DNA of 63,009 nt, counting the filler. It is 7 parts of 7 records of this genome, joined end to end, with 100 filler letters (N's around TTAATTAATTAA, not from the genome) between each part and the next. Parts side by side here need not be neighbours in the genome. Positions count along the whole stretch, not along the records: positions 18,339 to 23,751 come from SRR31156797_23494; positions 23,852 to 29,936 come from SRR31156797_23495; positions 30,037 to 46,764 come from SRR31156797_23509; 4 more parts are not named here. The stretch is one strand, 5' to 3'. The notes beneath the pieces are model-generated. The model did no database searches, was not told where the DNA came from, and saw nothing but the letters and a program-made list of their open reading frames with translations. The translations under genes and the position numbers were made by a program. Shown here piece by piece: positions 21,567-31,333 of this stretch (the stretch's first letter is position 1; every line of letters begins with the position of its first letter).

Positions 21567-22295
21567 CTATCGATCGCGCCAAACCAGCCGCGCTTTTATT
21601 AGTTCAACTCCATCGCTTTCGCGTATAACACTGCACAAATAATTTTTTTTGTCGAGGCATTGTTTTTTTACTGCCAGTTTATCTGAAGGCATCCCTTCTT
21701 TTATAAAATTAATTTCAAATTCGGCCAGTTCATTTTTTTCATGAAAGTCAAAATCGTAGCTGTCGATAATTCTTTCCAAATATCTGCCGCTGTTAAAATG
21801 CTGGTTAATATCTATTTCATTAAAAAGTACCGGGGTAAATTGTAAATCACTTTCCGATTTTGGCGATTTCACTTTTGCTGCATTTTTACCAAAAACACTT
21901 TCTTCGTATCTGGGGAACTGGTCAAATTCCGATAAACGCACTATTCGTTTCGATTTCAGATCGAGCACCAGCCAGCTGCTGGTAGCCTGAATAATATTAT
22001 TTCCTTCTTGGTCGACAAAATTGTAATCGCGATATCCAAAAAAACCATCAGTTCCGCGCGACCATGTTTCCAGGGTAAAATCTTCTCCCCAATTTGGTCG
22101 GCGATCAATTTTTACCAACAGCTTTGAAAGCACCCAGAATTGTTGATCAACTTTAAGGTGTTCATATCCAAAACCCAGTAAGCTGGCATGTTCCCAGGCG
22201 ATGTCCTGCATTTGATAAAACATGAATGAGGTCGATAATTTCCCAAAACGATTTATAAAATATGATTTTGTTGAAAGCTGTTTTTTGTGTTTCAT
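21567..22295 (-). CDS. Acyl-ACP thioesterase (double hotdog)
   Basis: MQDIAWEHA..LG, WVLSKL, EIDINQHFNSGRY. Confidence 0.88.
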   Translation of the reverse strand: MKHKKQLSTKSYFINRFGKLSTSFMFYQMQDIAWEHASLLGFGYEHLKVDQQFWVLSKLLVKIDRRPNWGEDFTLETWSRGTDGFFGYRDYNFVDQEGNNIIQATSSWLVLDLKSKRIVRLSEFDQFPRYEESVFGKNAAKVKSPKSESDLQFTPVLFNEIDINQHFNSGRYLERIIDSYDFDFHEKNELAEFEINFIKEGMPSDKLAVKKQCLDKKNYLCSVIRESDGVELIKARLVWRDR

Positions 22296-22387
22296 AATAA
22301 ACTATGGTAAACTTTTCTGCAAATTTATTGTTCGGTTTTGAAATACAGCGTGAATTAACCATTTTTACAAAAAAATTATCAACGTCA

Positions 22388-23167
22388 ATGAGTGGAATAA
22401 TAATAAAAGATGCAGAACAAATTGAAGGAATCAGAAAAAGTAGCAAACTCGCAGCCGAAACGCTTGATTTTGCGGCACAGTTTGTAAAAGCAGGAGTATC
22501 CACTAATTTTATTGATGAAAAAATTGAAGAGTTTATAATCGGTCATGGAGCAATTCCGGCACCGAAAGGATATAACGGGTTTCCAAAATCGTCGTGTATT
22601 TCATTAAACGAAGTGGTTTGTCATGGAATCCCTTCGGAAGAGATTGTTATAAAAGATGGCGATATTCTGAATATTGATATTACAACAATTTTAGATGGTT
22701 ATTATGGCGATACTTCGCGAATGTTTACCGTGGGTGAGATTTCTTCGGACGCTGAAGATTTGATTGAAGTAACAAAACATTGCTTAAATTTGGGAATCCA
22801 ACAGGTTATGCCAGGTAATCATTTCGGAAATATTGGATTTGTAATTAGCCGCTACGCCCGTGCAAAAGGATATAGTGTGGTTTATGAATTTTGCGGACAC
22901 GGTGTGGGAGTTAAGTTTCATGAAGCTCCGCAGGTCGATCATACTTCGCGAAGGAATACCGGGTCTAAAATGAAACCGGGTATGATTTTTACCATTGAAC
23001 CCATGATTAATCAGGGAAAAGCATCAACCAATTTAGATAAAAAAGATGGCTGGACTGCAAGAACCGTTGATAATAAATTATCGGCGCAGTTTGAACATAC
23101 CATTCTTGTAACTAAAACAGGGTACGAAGTGCTTACCGATATTCACGATGAATACCCGCTAACATAA
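22388..23167 (+). CDS. map: Methionine aminopeptidase type I
   Basis: NEVVCHGIP, NIDIT, GDTSRMF, GHGVG..FHE.P, FTIEPMIN, AQFEHT; start at MSGIIIK. Confidence 0.96.
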   Translation: MSGIIIKDAEQIEGIRKSSKLAAETLDFAAQFVKAGVSTNFIDEKIEEFIIGHGAIPAPKGYNGFPKSSCISLNEVVCHGIPSEEIVIKDGDILNIDITTILDGYYGDTSRMFTVGEISSDAEDLIEVTKHCLNLGIQQVMPGNHFGNIGFVISRYARAKGYSVVYEFCGHGVGVKFHEAPQVDHTSRRNTGSKMKPGMIFTIEPMINQGKASTNLDKKDGWTARTVDNKLSAQFEHTILVTKTGYEVLTDIHDEYPLT

Positions 23168-23191
23168 AAAAAGCCGGCATTTAACCGGCTT
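23166..23191. terminator. Intrinsic terminator between map and the repeat-protein gene
   Basis: AAGCCGG/CCGGCTT stem; U-run on the minus strand. Confidence 0.7.
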
Positions 23192-23216
23192 AATTGTTGC
23201 TTTGAAAAAATTGTTT

Positions 23217-23751
23217 CTAGTTCCAGTAATTTTCTGATAACATCCAGGGCTCAAGGTTTAAATCATTTTCAGTTTCTTGCTCGTAAGAGAAATTAGATGT
23301 ATTGTCTGAATCTTTCTGACCGAAATTAATCATCCAGTCTTCCAATTCAAGAGCTTCTTCAGTTTCTTGTTCAACGCTGAAAGTGTTAATATCGAAGTAG
23401 TTATTATCAGTCATCCAGCTTTCTAGTTCTAACGACTCTTCGGTTTCCTGTTCAACAAAAAACATGTTTGAATCGAAATAAGTTGCATCGGTCATCCAAT
23501 CTTCCAATTCCATTGGATTTTCTGTTTCTGTTTCTAATAAAGCTGCAAAGGCATTTGCATCAGTTGAGCTGCTTGCTTCCAGTTTAGTGTTTCCTGTTTC
23601 TGTCATTACCATTGCGATTTCGTTGAAGCTGTTGTTTTCTAAAATTGTTTTCCAAAAGTGTTGTGCATTTACTGTTATGCTTAACAAAACCAGACTTACT
23701 ACTATCGCCATCGATTTTAAAATTGCTTTCTGAACATTGTTTGTTGTTTTC
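23217..23751 (-). CDS. Secreted acidic protein with four ETE..LELExWM repeats (start clipped by contig edge)
   Basis: Frame open to the edge (KTTNNVQKAILKSMAIVVSLVLLSITVNAQ); repeats MELEDWM, LELESWM, LELEDWM, LNLEPWM. Confidence 0.8.
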
Positions 23752-23851
23752 NNNNNNNNNNNNNNNNNNNNNNNNNNNNNNNNNNNNNNNNNNNNTTAAT
23801 TAATTAANNNNNNNNNNNNNNNNNNNNNNNNNNNNNNNNNNNNNNNNNNNN
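23752..23851. other. Artificial contig spacer
   Basis: N-run with TTAATTAATTAA. Confidence 0.99.
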
Positions 23852-25210
23852 AATGATATTCTTGATTTTTCTAAAATTGAATCTGGAAAACTTGAGGTGG
23901 AATCGATTCCGGTTAATTTAAAGAAAGAAATTGAGCAAACGCTAGAAGACTTTAAAACCATATCAAAAGAAAGAGGGTTGGATATTAAAACGGATATAGG
24001 TATTGATTTACCGTCTGATTTTATGACTGATCCCTTAAGACTTCGCCAGATTTTAAATAATCTAATCGGAAATGCCATTAAATTCACACCAGCCGGATTA
24101 ATTCAATTGTCAATAACAAATTCTAAAACGTTGAATGGGGTGCCGGCGTTGCAATTTACAATAAGTGATACCGGTATTGGTGTTAGAAAGGAGAAGTTAA
24201 AAAAGATATTTAATTCCTTTGCACAGGAAGATGATAGTACAACACGTAAGTTTGGAGGTACTGGTCTGGGTACGTCTATATCGAAGAATTTAGTAGAGTT
24301 GATGGGAGGAGAGATTTGGGCAAACAGCCCGTCAACAATATCTTCATCAGAGGAGTATCCGGGCGCAGAGTTTTGTTTTACGCTACCTCTTGTAACAAAG
24401 CATAAATTAAAAGATCTTGATTTTTCTTTTGTACTCTCTTGGGGACAAATAAACTCCTTAATTATCACAGATGACACGCTTCAGGTGCAAAACATCATTC
24501 GAAATTTGATGGCCTTGGGAGTGCATCATAAAATAATGGCGCCATCTGAAGAAACCTTGTTGTTATTAAAGAATAATTCTAATATTCAGCTACTCATTAT
24601 TGATCAGCGACCTGATTTTAATGGACTAGATTTCTTACAGCAATTATATAATTACGAGTTGCATAAAAATTTCATAATTCTTTTGCAAAGTTCCGATTAT
24701 CAGCACATCAATACTAATGTGAGCAAAAAACTTGGAGCAGATATTTATCTGCGAAAGCCTGTGCGTTTAAATATACTCCGGATGTTTATGCTGCGTCATT
24801 TTCCATCTATAAAATCTCAAAATGGATTGGCAGGAATGGTGGTGCCAGATAATTTAAAGATTCTATTGGTTGAGGATAATTTATTTAATCAGCGTGTGGC
24901 TGAAAACATTTTTCAGAAATTAGGTTATCAGATCGATATTGCCAATAATGGAAAAGAGGCTATAGAACAATTCAAAAAAGTAAAGTATCAAATCATCTTT
25001 ATGGATTTGATGATGCCTGAGTTGGATGGATTTGATGCTGCCCGGGAATTAAAATGCTACGATGAGTCAACGCCTATCGTAGCCATGACGGCCAATAATG
25101 ATGACAAGCAGCGCGAAATGGCTTTTAAAGCCGGGATGGATGATTTTATAGTAAAGCCTGCGCATAAGGAAGAAATAGGGCGCATGATAATCAAATGGTG
25201 TTCTCATTAA
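23852..25210 (+). CDS. Hybrid histidine kinase with two receiver domains, 5'-truncated
   Basis: NDILDFSKIESGK from the edge; NLIGNAIKFT, DTGIG, GGTGLG; C-terminal receiver VEDN...FMDLMMP...KP. Confidence 0.93.
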   Translation, partial: NDILDFSKIESGKLEVESIPVNLKKEIEQTLEDFKTISKERGLDIKTDIGIDLPSDFMTDPLRLRQILNNLIGNAIKFTPAGLIQLSITNSKTLNGVPALQFTISDTGIGVRKEKLKKIFNSFAQEDDSTTRKFGGTGLGTSISKNLVELMGGEIWANSPSTISSSEEYPGAEFCFTLPLVTKHKLKDLDFSFVLSWGQINSLIITDDTLQVQNIIRNLMALGVHHKIMAPSEETLLLLKNNSNIQLLIIDQRPDFNGLDFLQQLYNYELHKNFIILLQSSDYQHINTNVSKKLGADIYLRKPVRLNILRMFMLRHFPSIKSQNGLAGMVVPDNLKILLVEDNLFNQRVAENIFQKLGYQIDIANNGKEAIEQFKKVKYQIIFMDLMMPELDGFDAARELKCYDESTPIVAMTANNDDKQREMAFKAGMDDFIVKPAHKEEIGRMIIKWCSH

Positions 25211-25275
25211 CTGATGCTTTGCAATATTTTTGTTCTTCAATACGTTTGAAAGCTATCTAATCGATTTAATGGTTT

Positions 25276-26427
25276 ATGAAATATTACACACGTAAAAAGC
25301 GATTTAAGCTATGGGTGTTTTTGGGCGCCATTTGTATTGCTGTTTTTACCAGTTTTTACACCAATCATCTGGTGAAAGAATTAAAGCTGGAAGAAAAGAA
25401 AAAAGTGGAACTATGGGCAGAAGCTACCAGGCAATTGGTTCAACCGGGAAATAATGAAGGATCTATCAATCTAACACTGGAGGTGCTAAAGAATAATACA
25501 ACAGTTCCGGTAATTATTGTTGATCAGAACGATTCTATTCTACAGCATCGTAATTTAAAAGCCACTGATAATGTTACTTCCACCAGATATTTAACTCGGC
25601 AATTGAATGCCATGAAGAAAAATGGTAAGCATATAGAAATTGATTTAGGAGGAGGAGAAAGGCAATATTTGTATTATAAGACATCAACTTTACTCACCAA
25701 GTTACAGTGGTTTCCGTTGGTGCAATTACTGGTTGTCAGCATATTTGTATTGATTGCATACCTGGCTTTTAGTAATTCCAGAAAGGCAGAGCAGAACCAG
25801 GTATGGGTTGGGATGGCCAAAGAAACAGCCCATCAGTTAGGAACCCCCATTACTTCCTTGTATGGTTGGATTGAGTTGTTATCACTTAAAAAACCGGATG
25901 AGGATGGTATTGAGGAGATGAAGAAGGATATCAGTAGGCTTCAGAATATTGCGGATCGTTTTTCAAAAATTGGAAGTAAACCTAAGTTGAGTCAGGTAAG
26001 TGTAAATCAGGTGGTAGAACAGAGTGTTCATTATTTACGACAACGATCATCTGATAAAGTAGCGTTTGAAATGGACTTGGCGAAGGAAATTAATGTGTTG
26101 GCCAATTATACTCTAATAGAATGGGTTCTGGAAAACTTAATTAAGAATGCCATAGATGCTATTAAAGGAGATGGAAAAATTATAGTTTCTGCAAAGCAAA
26201 CAGATGATACTGTATTGATCGATATTACAGATAATGGAAAAGGAATTGTCAAGTCTAATTTTAAAACGGTATTTGAACCTGGCTATACAACCAAAAGCAG
26301 AGGTTGGGGATTAGGTTTATCGCTTACGAAAAGAATTATTGAAGAATACCACAAAGGGAAAATATTTGTAAAAGACTCGGAGCCGGGTGAAAAAACTACA
26401 TTTAGAATTGTTTTAGAAAGTGCTTAA
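25276..26427 (+). CDS. Membrane sensor histidine kinase
   Basis: Two TM segments; H-box KETAHQLGTP; NLIKNAIDA, DNGKG, GWGLGL. Confidence 0.93.
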   Translation: MKYYTRKKRFKLWVFLGAICIAVFTSFYTNHLVKELKLEEKKKVELWAEATRQLVQPGNNEGSINLTLEVLKNNTTVPVIIVDQNDSILQHRNLKATDNVTSTRYLTRQLNAMKKNGKHIEIDLGGGERQYLYYKTSTLLTKLQWFPLVQLLVVSIFVLIAYLAFSNSRKAEQNQVWVGMAKETAHQLGTPITSLYGWIELLSLKKPDEDGIEEMKKDISRLQNIADRFSKIGSKPKLSQVSVNQVVEQSVHYLRQRSSDKVAFEMDLAKEINVLANYTLIEWVLENLIKNAIDAIKGDGKIIVSAKQTDDTVLIDITDNGKGIVKSNFKTVFEPGYTTKSRGWGLGLSLTKRIIEEYHKGKIFVKDSEPGEKTTFRIVLESA

Positions 26428-26525
26428 ATTGCATTGTATCAATCTGTACAAAACTTGTATTTGTTGTGGATAAAGAAAATGAAAATAATTTTTAGCGAAT
26501 ATTTCTCTACTCCTATTTATTTTTA

Positions 26526-26533
26526 TACTTTTG
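26526..26533 (+). promoter_or_regulatory. Bacteroidota -7 promoter element
   Basis: TACTTTTG matches TAnnTTTG, 22 nt before the yceD start. Confidence 0.55.
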
Positions 26534-26555
26534 CAAAGTTTTTATTTATGGTGAA

Positions 26556-27092
26556 ATGGATAAATTGAAGGATTACGATATAGCTTTCAAGGGATTAAAG
26601 GACGGGAAGCACCAATTTCACTACACAATAAGTGAATCGTTTTTTGAAGAAATTGAAGATTCGGTTATTGAAAAAGGTAGTTTCGAAGTAGATGTGATGA
26701 TGAATAAAAAATCGCAGATGCTGGAACTGGATTTTATTATTGATGGAAACGTCCAATCGATATGCGACAATTGCTTGGGAGAATTAACAATACCTGTTTC
26801 GTACGAAGGTAAATTGTATGTAAAGTTTGGAATTGTATATGATGAGCCCAGCGACGAAATTATTGTACTTCCGTATGAAGAGGATAGTTTGAATGTTTCG
26901 CAATTAATTTACGAATATATAGTGGTTAGTATGCCTCTTAGATCTGTCCATGAAGATACTGAGAGCTGTGATCCGGATATGCAAGCCAGATTGACTGAGT
27001 TTTCAGCAGAAAGCCACAAAGATGATAGTACAGACGAAGCAATAGATCCCCGTTGGGAAGCTTTAAAAAAATTAAAAGATAATAGTAATTAG
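26556..27092 (+). CDS. yceD: DUF177/YceD family protein
   Basis: CDNC motif, C-terminal DPRWEALKKL, immediately upstream of rpmF. Confidence 0.9.
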   Translation: MDKLKDYDIAFKGLKDGKHQFHYTISESFFEEIEDSVIEKGSFEVDVMMNKKSQMLELDFIIDGNVQSICDNCLGELTIPVSYEGKLYVKFGIVYDEPSDEIIVLPYEEDSLNVSQLIYEYIVVSMPLRSVHEDTESCDPDMQARLTEFSAESHKDDSTDEAIDPRWEALKKLKDNSN

Positions 27093-27109
27093 TAAAGAGG
27101 TTATAAAAA

Positions 27110-27295
27110 ATGGCACATCCTAAGAGAAAGATTTCTAAAACAAGAAGAGACAAGAGAAGGACGCATTATAAAGCTACTGCTCCTGCATTGGGAGTTTGCT
27201 CAAACTGTGGTTCAACTGTAAAATTACACACTGTATGTGGTGACTGTGGTTATTACAGAGGAAAGCTAGCTGTTGAAAAAGAAATTACAGCATAA
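27110..27295 (+). CDS. rpmF: 50S ribosomal protein L32
   Basis: MAHPKRKISKTRRDKRRTH; CSNC and CGDCG zinc ribbon. Confidence 0.97.
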   Translation: MAHPKRKISKTRRDKRRTHYKATAPALGVCSNCGSTVKLHTVCGDCGYYRGKLAVEKEITA

Positions 27296-27323
27296 TAACT
27301 TTTTATTTTAAAAAGTACTTTTT

Positions 27324-27354
27324 AAATTTGCTTCGCCTCCGCGAGGCAAATTTT
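27324..27354 (+). terminator. Intrinsic terminator after rpmF
   Basis: AAATTTGCTTCGC-ctcc-GCGAGGCAAATTTT. Confidence 0.7.
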
Positions 27355-27512
27355 GCTTTAGGGCACTCATATCTTCGAAAAGGGTAGAGCCTGATTATTC
27401 AGACTAAGTAGTAGTTGCAATTCTGATACTTTTACTGAAAACAGAATAGGCAAGAGTGTAATTTAGTCTTTAACTTTTGTCATTATTAGTCTGGCAAAAA
27501 CACTATGAACAC

Positions 27513-28511
27513 ATGGAAAAAATCAATGCTGTAATCACCGGCATAGGTGCTTATGTACCGGAATATGTCTTAACCAACGAAGAACTAAGTACAATGGTCG
27601 ACACTTCTGACGAGTGGATTATGACCCGTGTTGGTATTAAGGAGAGACGAATTTTAAAAGGCGAAGGTAAAGGTTCTTCTGATATGGGAGCCGAAGCTGT
27701 TAAGCAATTGTTGGAAAAAACAGGAACCAAGCCGGAAGAAGTAGATTTGTTGATTTGTGCAACAGTTACTCCTGATCATGTATTCCCTGGTACTTCTGCA
27801 ATTATTTGCGATAAAGTAGGAATTAAAAACATTCAGAGTTTTGATATAAATGCAGCTTGTTCGGGCTTTTTGTATGCTTTAGATACAGCAACAAAATTTG
27901 TTCAGTGTGGTAAGCATAAAAAAGTAGTTGTAGTAGGTGCTGAGAAAATGTCAGCTATTACAGATTATAGTGATAGAACTACCTGCGTTTTATTTGGAGA
28001 TGCTTCTGCAGCTGTAATGTTGGAGCCAACAACTGAAGAATTTGGTGTGTTGGATACAATTCTACGAAGCGATGGTATGGGGCGTCATCATTTACAAATG
28101 AAGGCTGGAGGTTCGGTTAAGCCGTCTTCTCACGAAACTGTCGATAATAAAGAGCACTTTGTTTATCAGGAAGGTCAAGCTGTATTTAAGCATGCAGTTT
28201 CTAATATGGCAGATGTTTCTGTAGAAATAATGGAAAAAAATAATTTAAAGTCAGAAGATGTGGCGTGGTTAGTACCACATCAGGCTAACCTGAGAATTAT
28301 TGATGCAACAGCCAGAAGAATGGGAGTTTCTAAGGATAAGGTGATGATTAACATTGAGCGTTATGGAAACACTACTTCAGCTACAATTCCATTGTGCTTA
28401 TGGGAATGGGAAAAGCAGTTGAAAAAAGGAGATAATATTGTATTGGCCGCATTCGGAGCCGGGTTTACCTGGGGTTCTGTTTATTTGAAATGGGGATATG
28501 ATGCAAAATAA
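27513..28511 (+). CDS. fabH: Beta-ketoacyl-ACP synthase III
   Basis: [36 protein letters not shown] at 27513. Confidence 0.96.
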   Translation: MEKINAVITGIGAYVPEYVLTNEELSTMVDTSDEWIMTRVGIKERRILKGEGKGSSDMGAEAVKQLLEKTGTKPEEVDLLICATVTPDHVFPGTSAIICDKVGIKNIQSFDINAACSGFLYALDTATKFVQCGKHKKVVVVGAEKMSAITDYSDRTTCVLFGDASAAVMLEPTTEEFGVLDTILRSDGMGRHHLQMKAGGSVKPSSHETVDNKEHFVYQEGQAVFKHAVSNMADVSVEIMEKNNLKSEDVAWLVPHQANLRIIDATARRMGVSKDKVMINIERYGNTTSATIPLCLWEWEKQLKKGDNIVLAAFGAGFTWGSVYLKWGYDAK

Positions 28512-28538
28512 TATGTAATACATATTGATATTATATAT

Positions 28539-28569
28539 AAAGGGGTCTTGTTGCAAGATCCCTTTTTTT
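28539..28569 (+). terminator. Intrinsic terminator after fabH
   Basis: AAAGGGGTCTTG-ttg-CAAGATCCCTTTTTTT. Confidence 0.85.
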
Positions 28570-28754
28570 ATTTTATTAATCTTTGATCTAATCAAAACAA
28601 TCCGGCTACAAATCAACTAATTATTTTTATTCAAAGTCAAATAGCTAGTTTTGAAAAAGTAAATAGTTGGATCGAGCCATGAGAATAAGTTCTCACACAT
28701 ATGGATGATTAAATTTGGCGAATTCCATCTGGTAAAATAACAAATTAAAAACAG

Positions 28755-29765
28755 ATGAAAGAAAGGTTTGAATACATTGACCTGATGAAAGGTATATGTA
28801 TATTGTTGGTGGTGTTGTATCATTGCGAAATTCCATTTATCCTGGAGAGTAAAGCCTTGACTACTTTTAGGATGCCCTTATATTACATTTTATCCGGTAT
28901 CTTTTTTAAGAAGTATGGAAACTTGATTGATTTTGGACTTAAAAAGACCAATAAGTTGATGATCCCTTATCTGGTCACCTGGGTGTTGTATAATGTAATG
29001 TTGTTTGCATTTAGTGAATACGCCGGAGAGGTTTTTGTGTTTAAAAAATACCCTCGGTCTATTTGGTTTTTGATGAGTTTGTTTCAGGTGGGAGGGATGT
29101 ATTACATCGTTAAATACTTGAATAATATTTATCTGGAAACGCTGACTTGTTTGGGGATTTCTCTTTACGGTTACTATTTATCCTTAGATGATGTATGGAT
29201 TGCCTATAACCTATGTACTTCTTTAACTGCCATCTCCTTTTATCATTATGGAAGTGTAATGAAAACTACCGGAATGTTAAAAGCTTTAAAACAAAGAACC
29301 AATGTGTTATTGTTTCTGGGCTGCATCTCACTATTTGTTGCTATTACTTATTTTGTGCCCATTGTAAAGTTAGATATGAAGTTTAACCGATACCCAACTA
29401 ATTTTCCGCTAACACATGCAATGGCTATTCTGGGTACACTATCGGTGTTTTATTTTTCCCGGATATTTAATAAAATTCCGGTGATCTCGTACTTAGGCAG
29501 ATATTCTTTAATAGTACTGTGTTCGCATGTCATTTATTTATATATCCTTCAAAATACTTTGAATATTTGGTATCCGAGCGATTACAGTCCTTATTTTAAT
29601 TTTACCATTATAATGGCCTTATTGTATCCGACTATTGTATTTACCATTCGTTTTATTCCTTTTTTATATGCTCAAGAACCATTCTTCAAAGAAGATTCAT
29701 CCTATTATGTATTAAAAGGGGTGAAGTTGGCTGCAATAAGTCTAAAATATATGAAGGGAAAATAG
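28755..29765 (+). CDS. Acyltransferase family 3 (membrane O-acyltransferase)
   Basis: RFEYIDLMKGICILLVVLYH, FRMPLYYILSG, WFL, LGRYSL; multiple TM segments. Confidence 0.9.
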   Translation: MKERFEYIDLMKGICILLVVLYHCEIPFILESKALTTFRMPLYYILSGIFFKKYGNLIDFGLKKTNKLMIPYLVTWVLYNVMLFAFSEYAGEVFVFKKYPRSIWFLMSLFQVGGMYYIVKYLNNIYLETLTCLGISLYGYYLSLDDVWIAYNLCTSLTAISFYHYGSVMKTTGMLKALKQRTNVLLFLGCISLFVAITYFVPIVKLDMKFNRYPTNFPLTHAMAILGTLSVFYFSRIFNKIPVISYLGRYSLIVLCSHVIYLYILQNTLNIWYPSDYSPYFNFTIIMALLYPTIVFTIRFIPFLYAQEPFFKEDSSYYVLKGVKLAAISLKYMKGK

Positions 29766-29936
29766 GGGAGGACGATAAAGTTTGCTTTTAAATACATACA
29801 TTTTTAGGTTTATGTAAGACCTTGAGATATGAAATAGATACCTCATGGGCTTGGATTAAAAATATATTTTTGACGATATATCAAGAACTAAATTAGAATG
29901 GAGTAATGGTTTAAAAAATAACTGATATTTTACGGT

Positions 29937-30036
29937 NNNNNNNNNNNNNNNNNNNNNNNNNNNNNNNNNNNNNNNNNNNNTTAATTAATTAANNNNNNNN
30001 NNNNNNNNNNNNNNNNNNNNNNNNNNNNNNNNNNNN
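29937..30036. other. Artificial contig spacer
   Basis: N-run with TTAATTAATTAA. Confidence 0.99.
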
Positions 30037-30038
30037 TT

Positions 30039-30815
30039 TTTGGTTATCAAATGAGATTTGATTTAAGTGAAGGTTTTCCTTTAGTTACTACTAAAAAAAC
30101 ACATCTTAAAGCTATTATTTCTGAACTATTATGGTTTATTGAGGGAAGCACAGACGAAAGAAGACTTGCTGAGATTCATTTTGGAGATAAAGCAGAAAAT
30201 TTAATTGGTAAAAAGACTGTTTGGACTGCAAATGCAGATGCACAAGGGAAAGCTTTAGGGTATACAAATACTGACACTGAGAAACAATTAGGACCAGTAT
30301 ATGGAGCTCAATGGAGATCTTGGGAAGGTGCAAATGGAAAAAGAGTTGACCAATTAACTGAAGTTATAAATCAAATCAAAACAAACCCAGATAGTAGAAG
30401 AATTATTCTAAATGCTTGGAATGCAGCTGAGATAGATAATATGGCATTACCACCTTGCCATACTTTTTTCCAGTTTTATGTAGCAAATGGAAAACTATCT
30501 TGTCAACTATATCAAAGAAGTGCAGATGTATTTTTAGGAGTTCCTTTTAACATAGCTTCTTATGCACTATTAACTATGATGATTGCACAAGTTTGTGATT
30601 TAGAGTTGGGGGATTTTGTTCATACATTTGGTGATGCACATATTTATTCAAATCATATGGAGCAAGTAAACTTACAATTAAGTAGAACTCCTCATCCTAA
30701 ACCAACAATGAAAATCAATCCAGATATAAAAGATATCAATGACTTTAAAATGGAAGATTTTGAACTTATTGATTATGAGTGTGATGAAGCAATAAAAGCT
30801 GTAATGGCTGTATAA
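30039..30815 (+). CDS. thyA: Thymidylate synthase, 5'-truncated
   Basis: [50 protein letters not shown]. Confidence 0.97.
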   Translation, partial: FGYQMRFDLSEGFPLVTTKKTHLKAIISELLWFIEGSTDERRLAEIHFGDKAENLIGKKTVWTANADAQGKALGYTNTDTEKQLGPVYGAQWRSWEGANGKRVDQLTEVINQIKTNPDSRRIILNAWNAAEIDNMALPPCHTFFQFYVANGKLSCQLYQRSADVFLGVPFNIASYALLTMMIAQVCDLELGDFVHTFGDAHIYSNHMEQVNLQLSRTPHPKPTMKINPDIKDINDFKMEDFELIDYECDEAIKAVMAV

Positions 30816-30829
30816 GGAAATAAAATATT

Positions 30830-31333
30830 ATGAAAATTTCGATGATTGTAGCATATGGAAAAAATTGGGAAATTGGTTTAAACAATCAAATGTTATGGCA
30901 TATCTCTGAAGATTTTAAAAACTTCAAACAAATAACTTCAGGACACCATATACTAATGGGAAGAAAAACTTTTGAATCTATAGGAAAACCTCTTCCAAAC
31001 AGAACATCTCTTGTTTTAAGTAATAGTGGTTTTGAACATGAAGGTGTTCACACTTTCAATGATGTTCAAGAAGCTTTTAATTTTGCAAGAAAAAATGCAG
31101 AAGAGGAACTATTTATTATAGGTGGAGCAAACATCTATAAAACGCTATTTCCTTATGTTGATAAAATGTATTTAAGTGAGGTTGATTTTGAAGGTGAAGC
31201 AGATGCTTATCTTAATGAGATTGATTTTACTTATTGGGACTTAATCGAGCAAAAAGATTATGAAGCAATAATCGAAGAGGATAAAGTAAAAAGTCCAGCT
31301 TGGAAGTTTAAAGTTTATGAAAAAAGAGATTAA
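30830..31333 (+). CDS. folA: Dihydrofolate reductase
   Basis: IG..N.MLWHISED, MGRKTFESIGKPLPNR, IIGGANIY; follows thyA. Confidence 0.96.
   Translation: MKISMIVAYGKNWEIGLNNQMLWHISEDFKNFKQITSGHHILMGRKTFESIGKPLPNRTSLVLSNSGFEHEGVHTFNDVQEAFNFARKNAEEELFIIGGANIYKTLFPYVDKMYLSEVDFEGEADAYLNEIDFTYWDLIEQKDYEAIIEEDKVKSPAWKFKVYEKRD

Noticed and set aside
27355-27476. Possible structured RNA between rpmF and fabH
   Set aside because: Only weak G-U-rich pairing; no recognisable riboswitch consensus.
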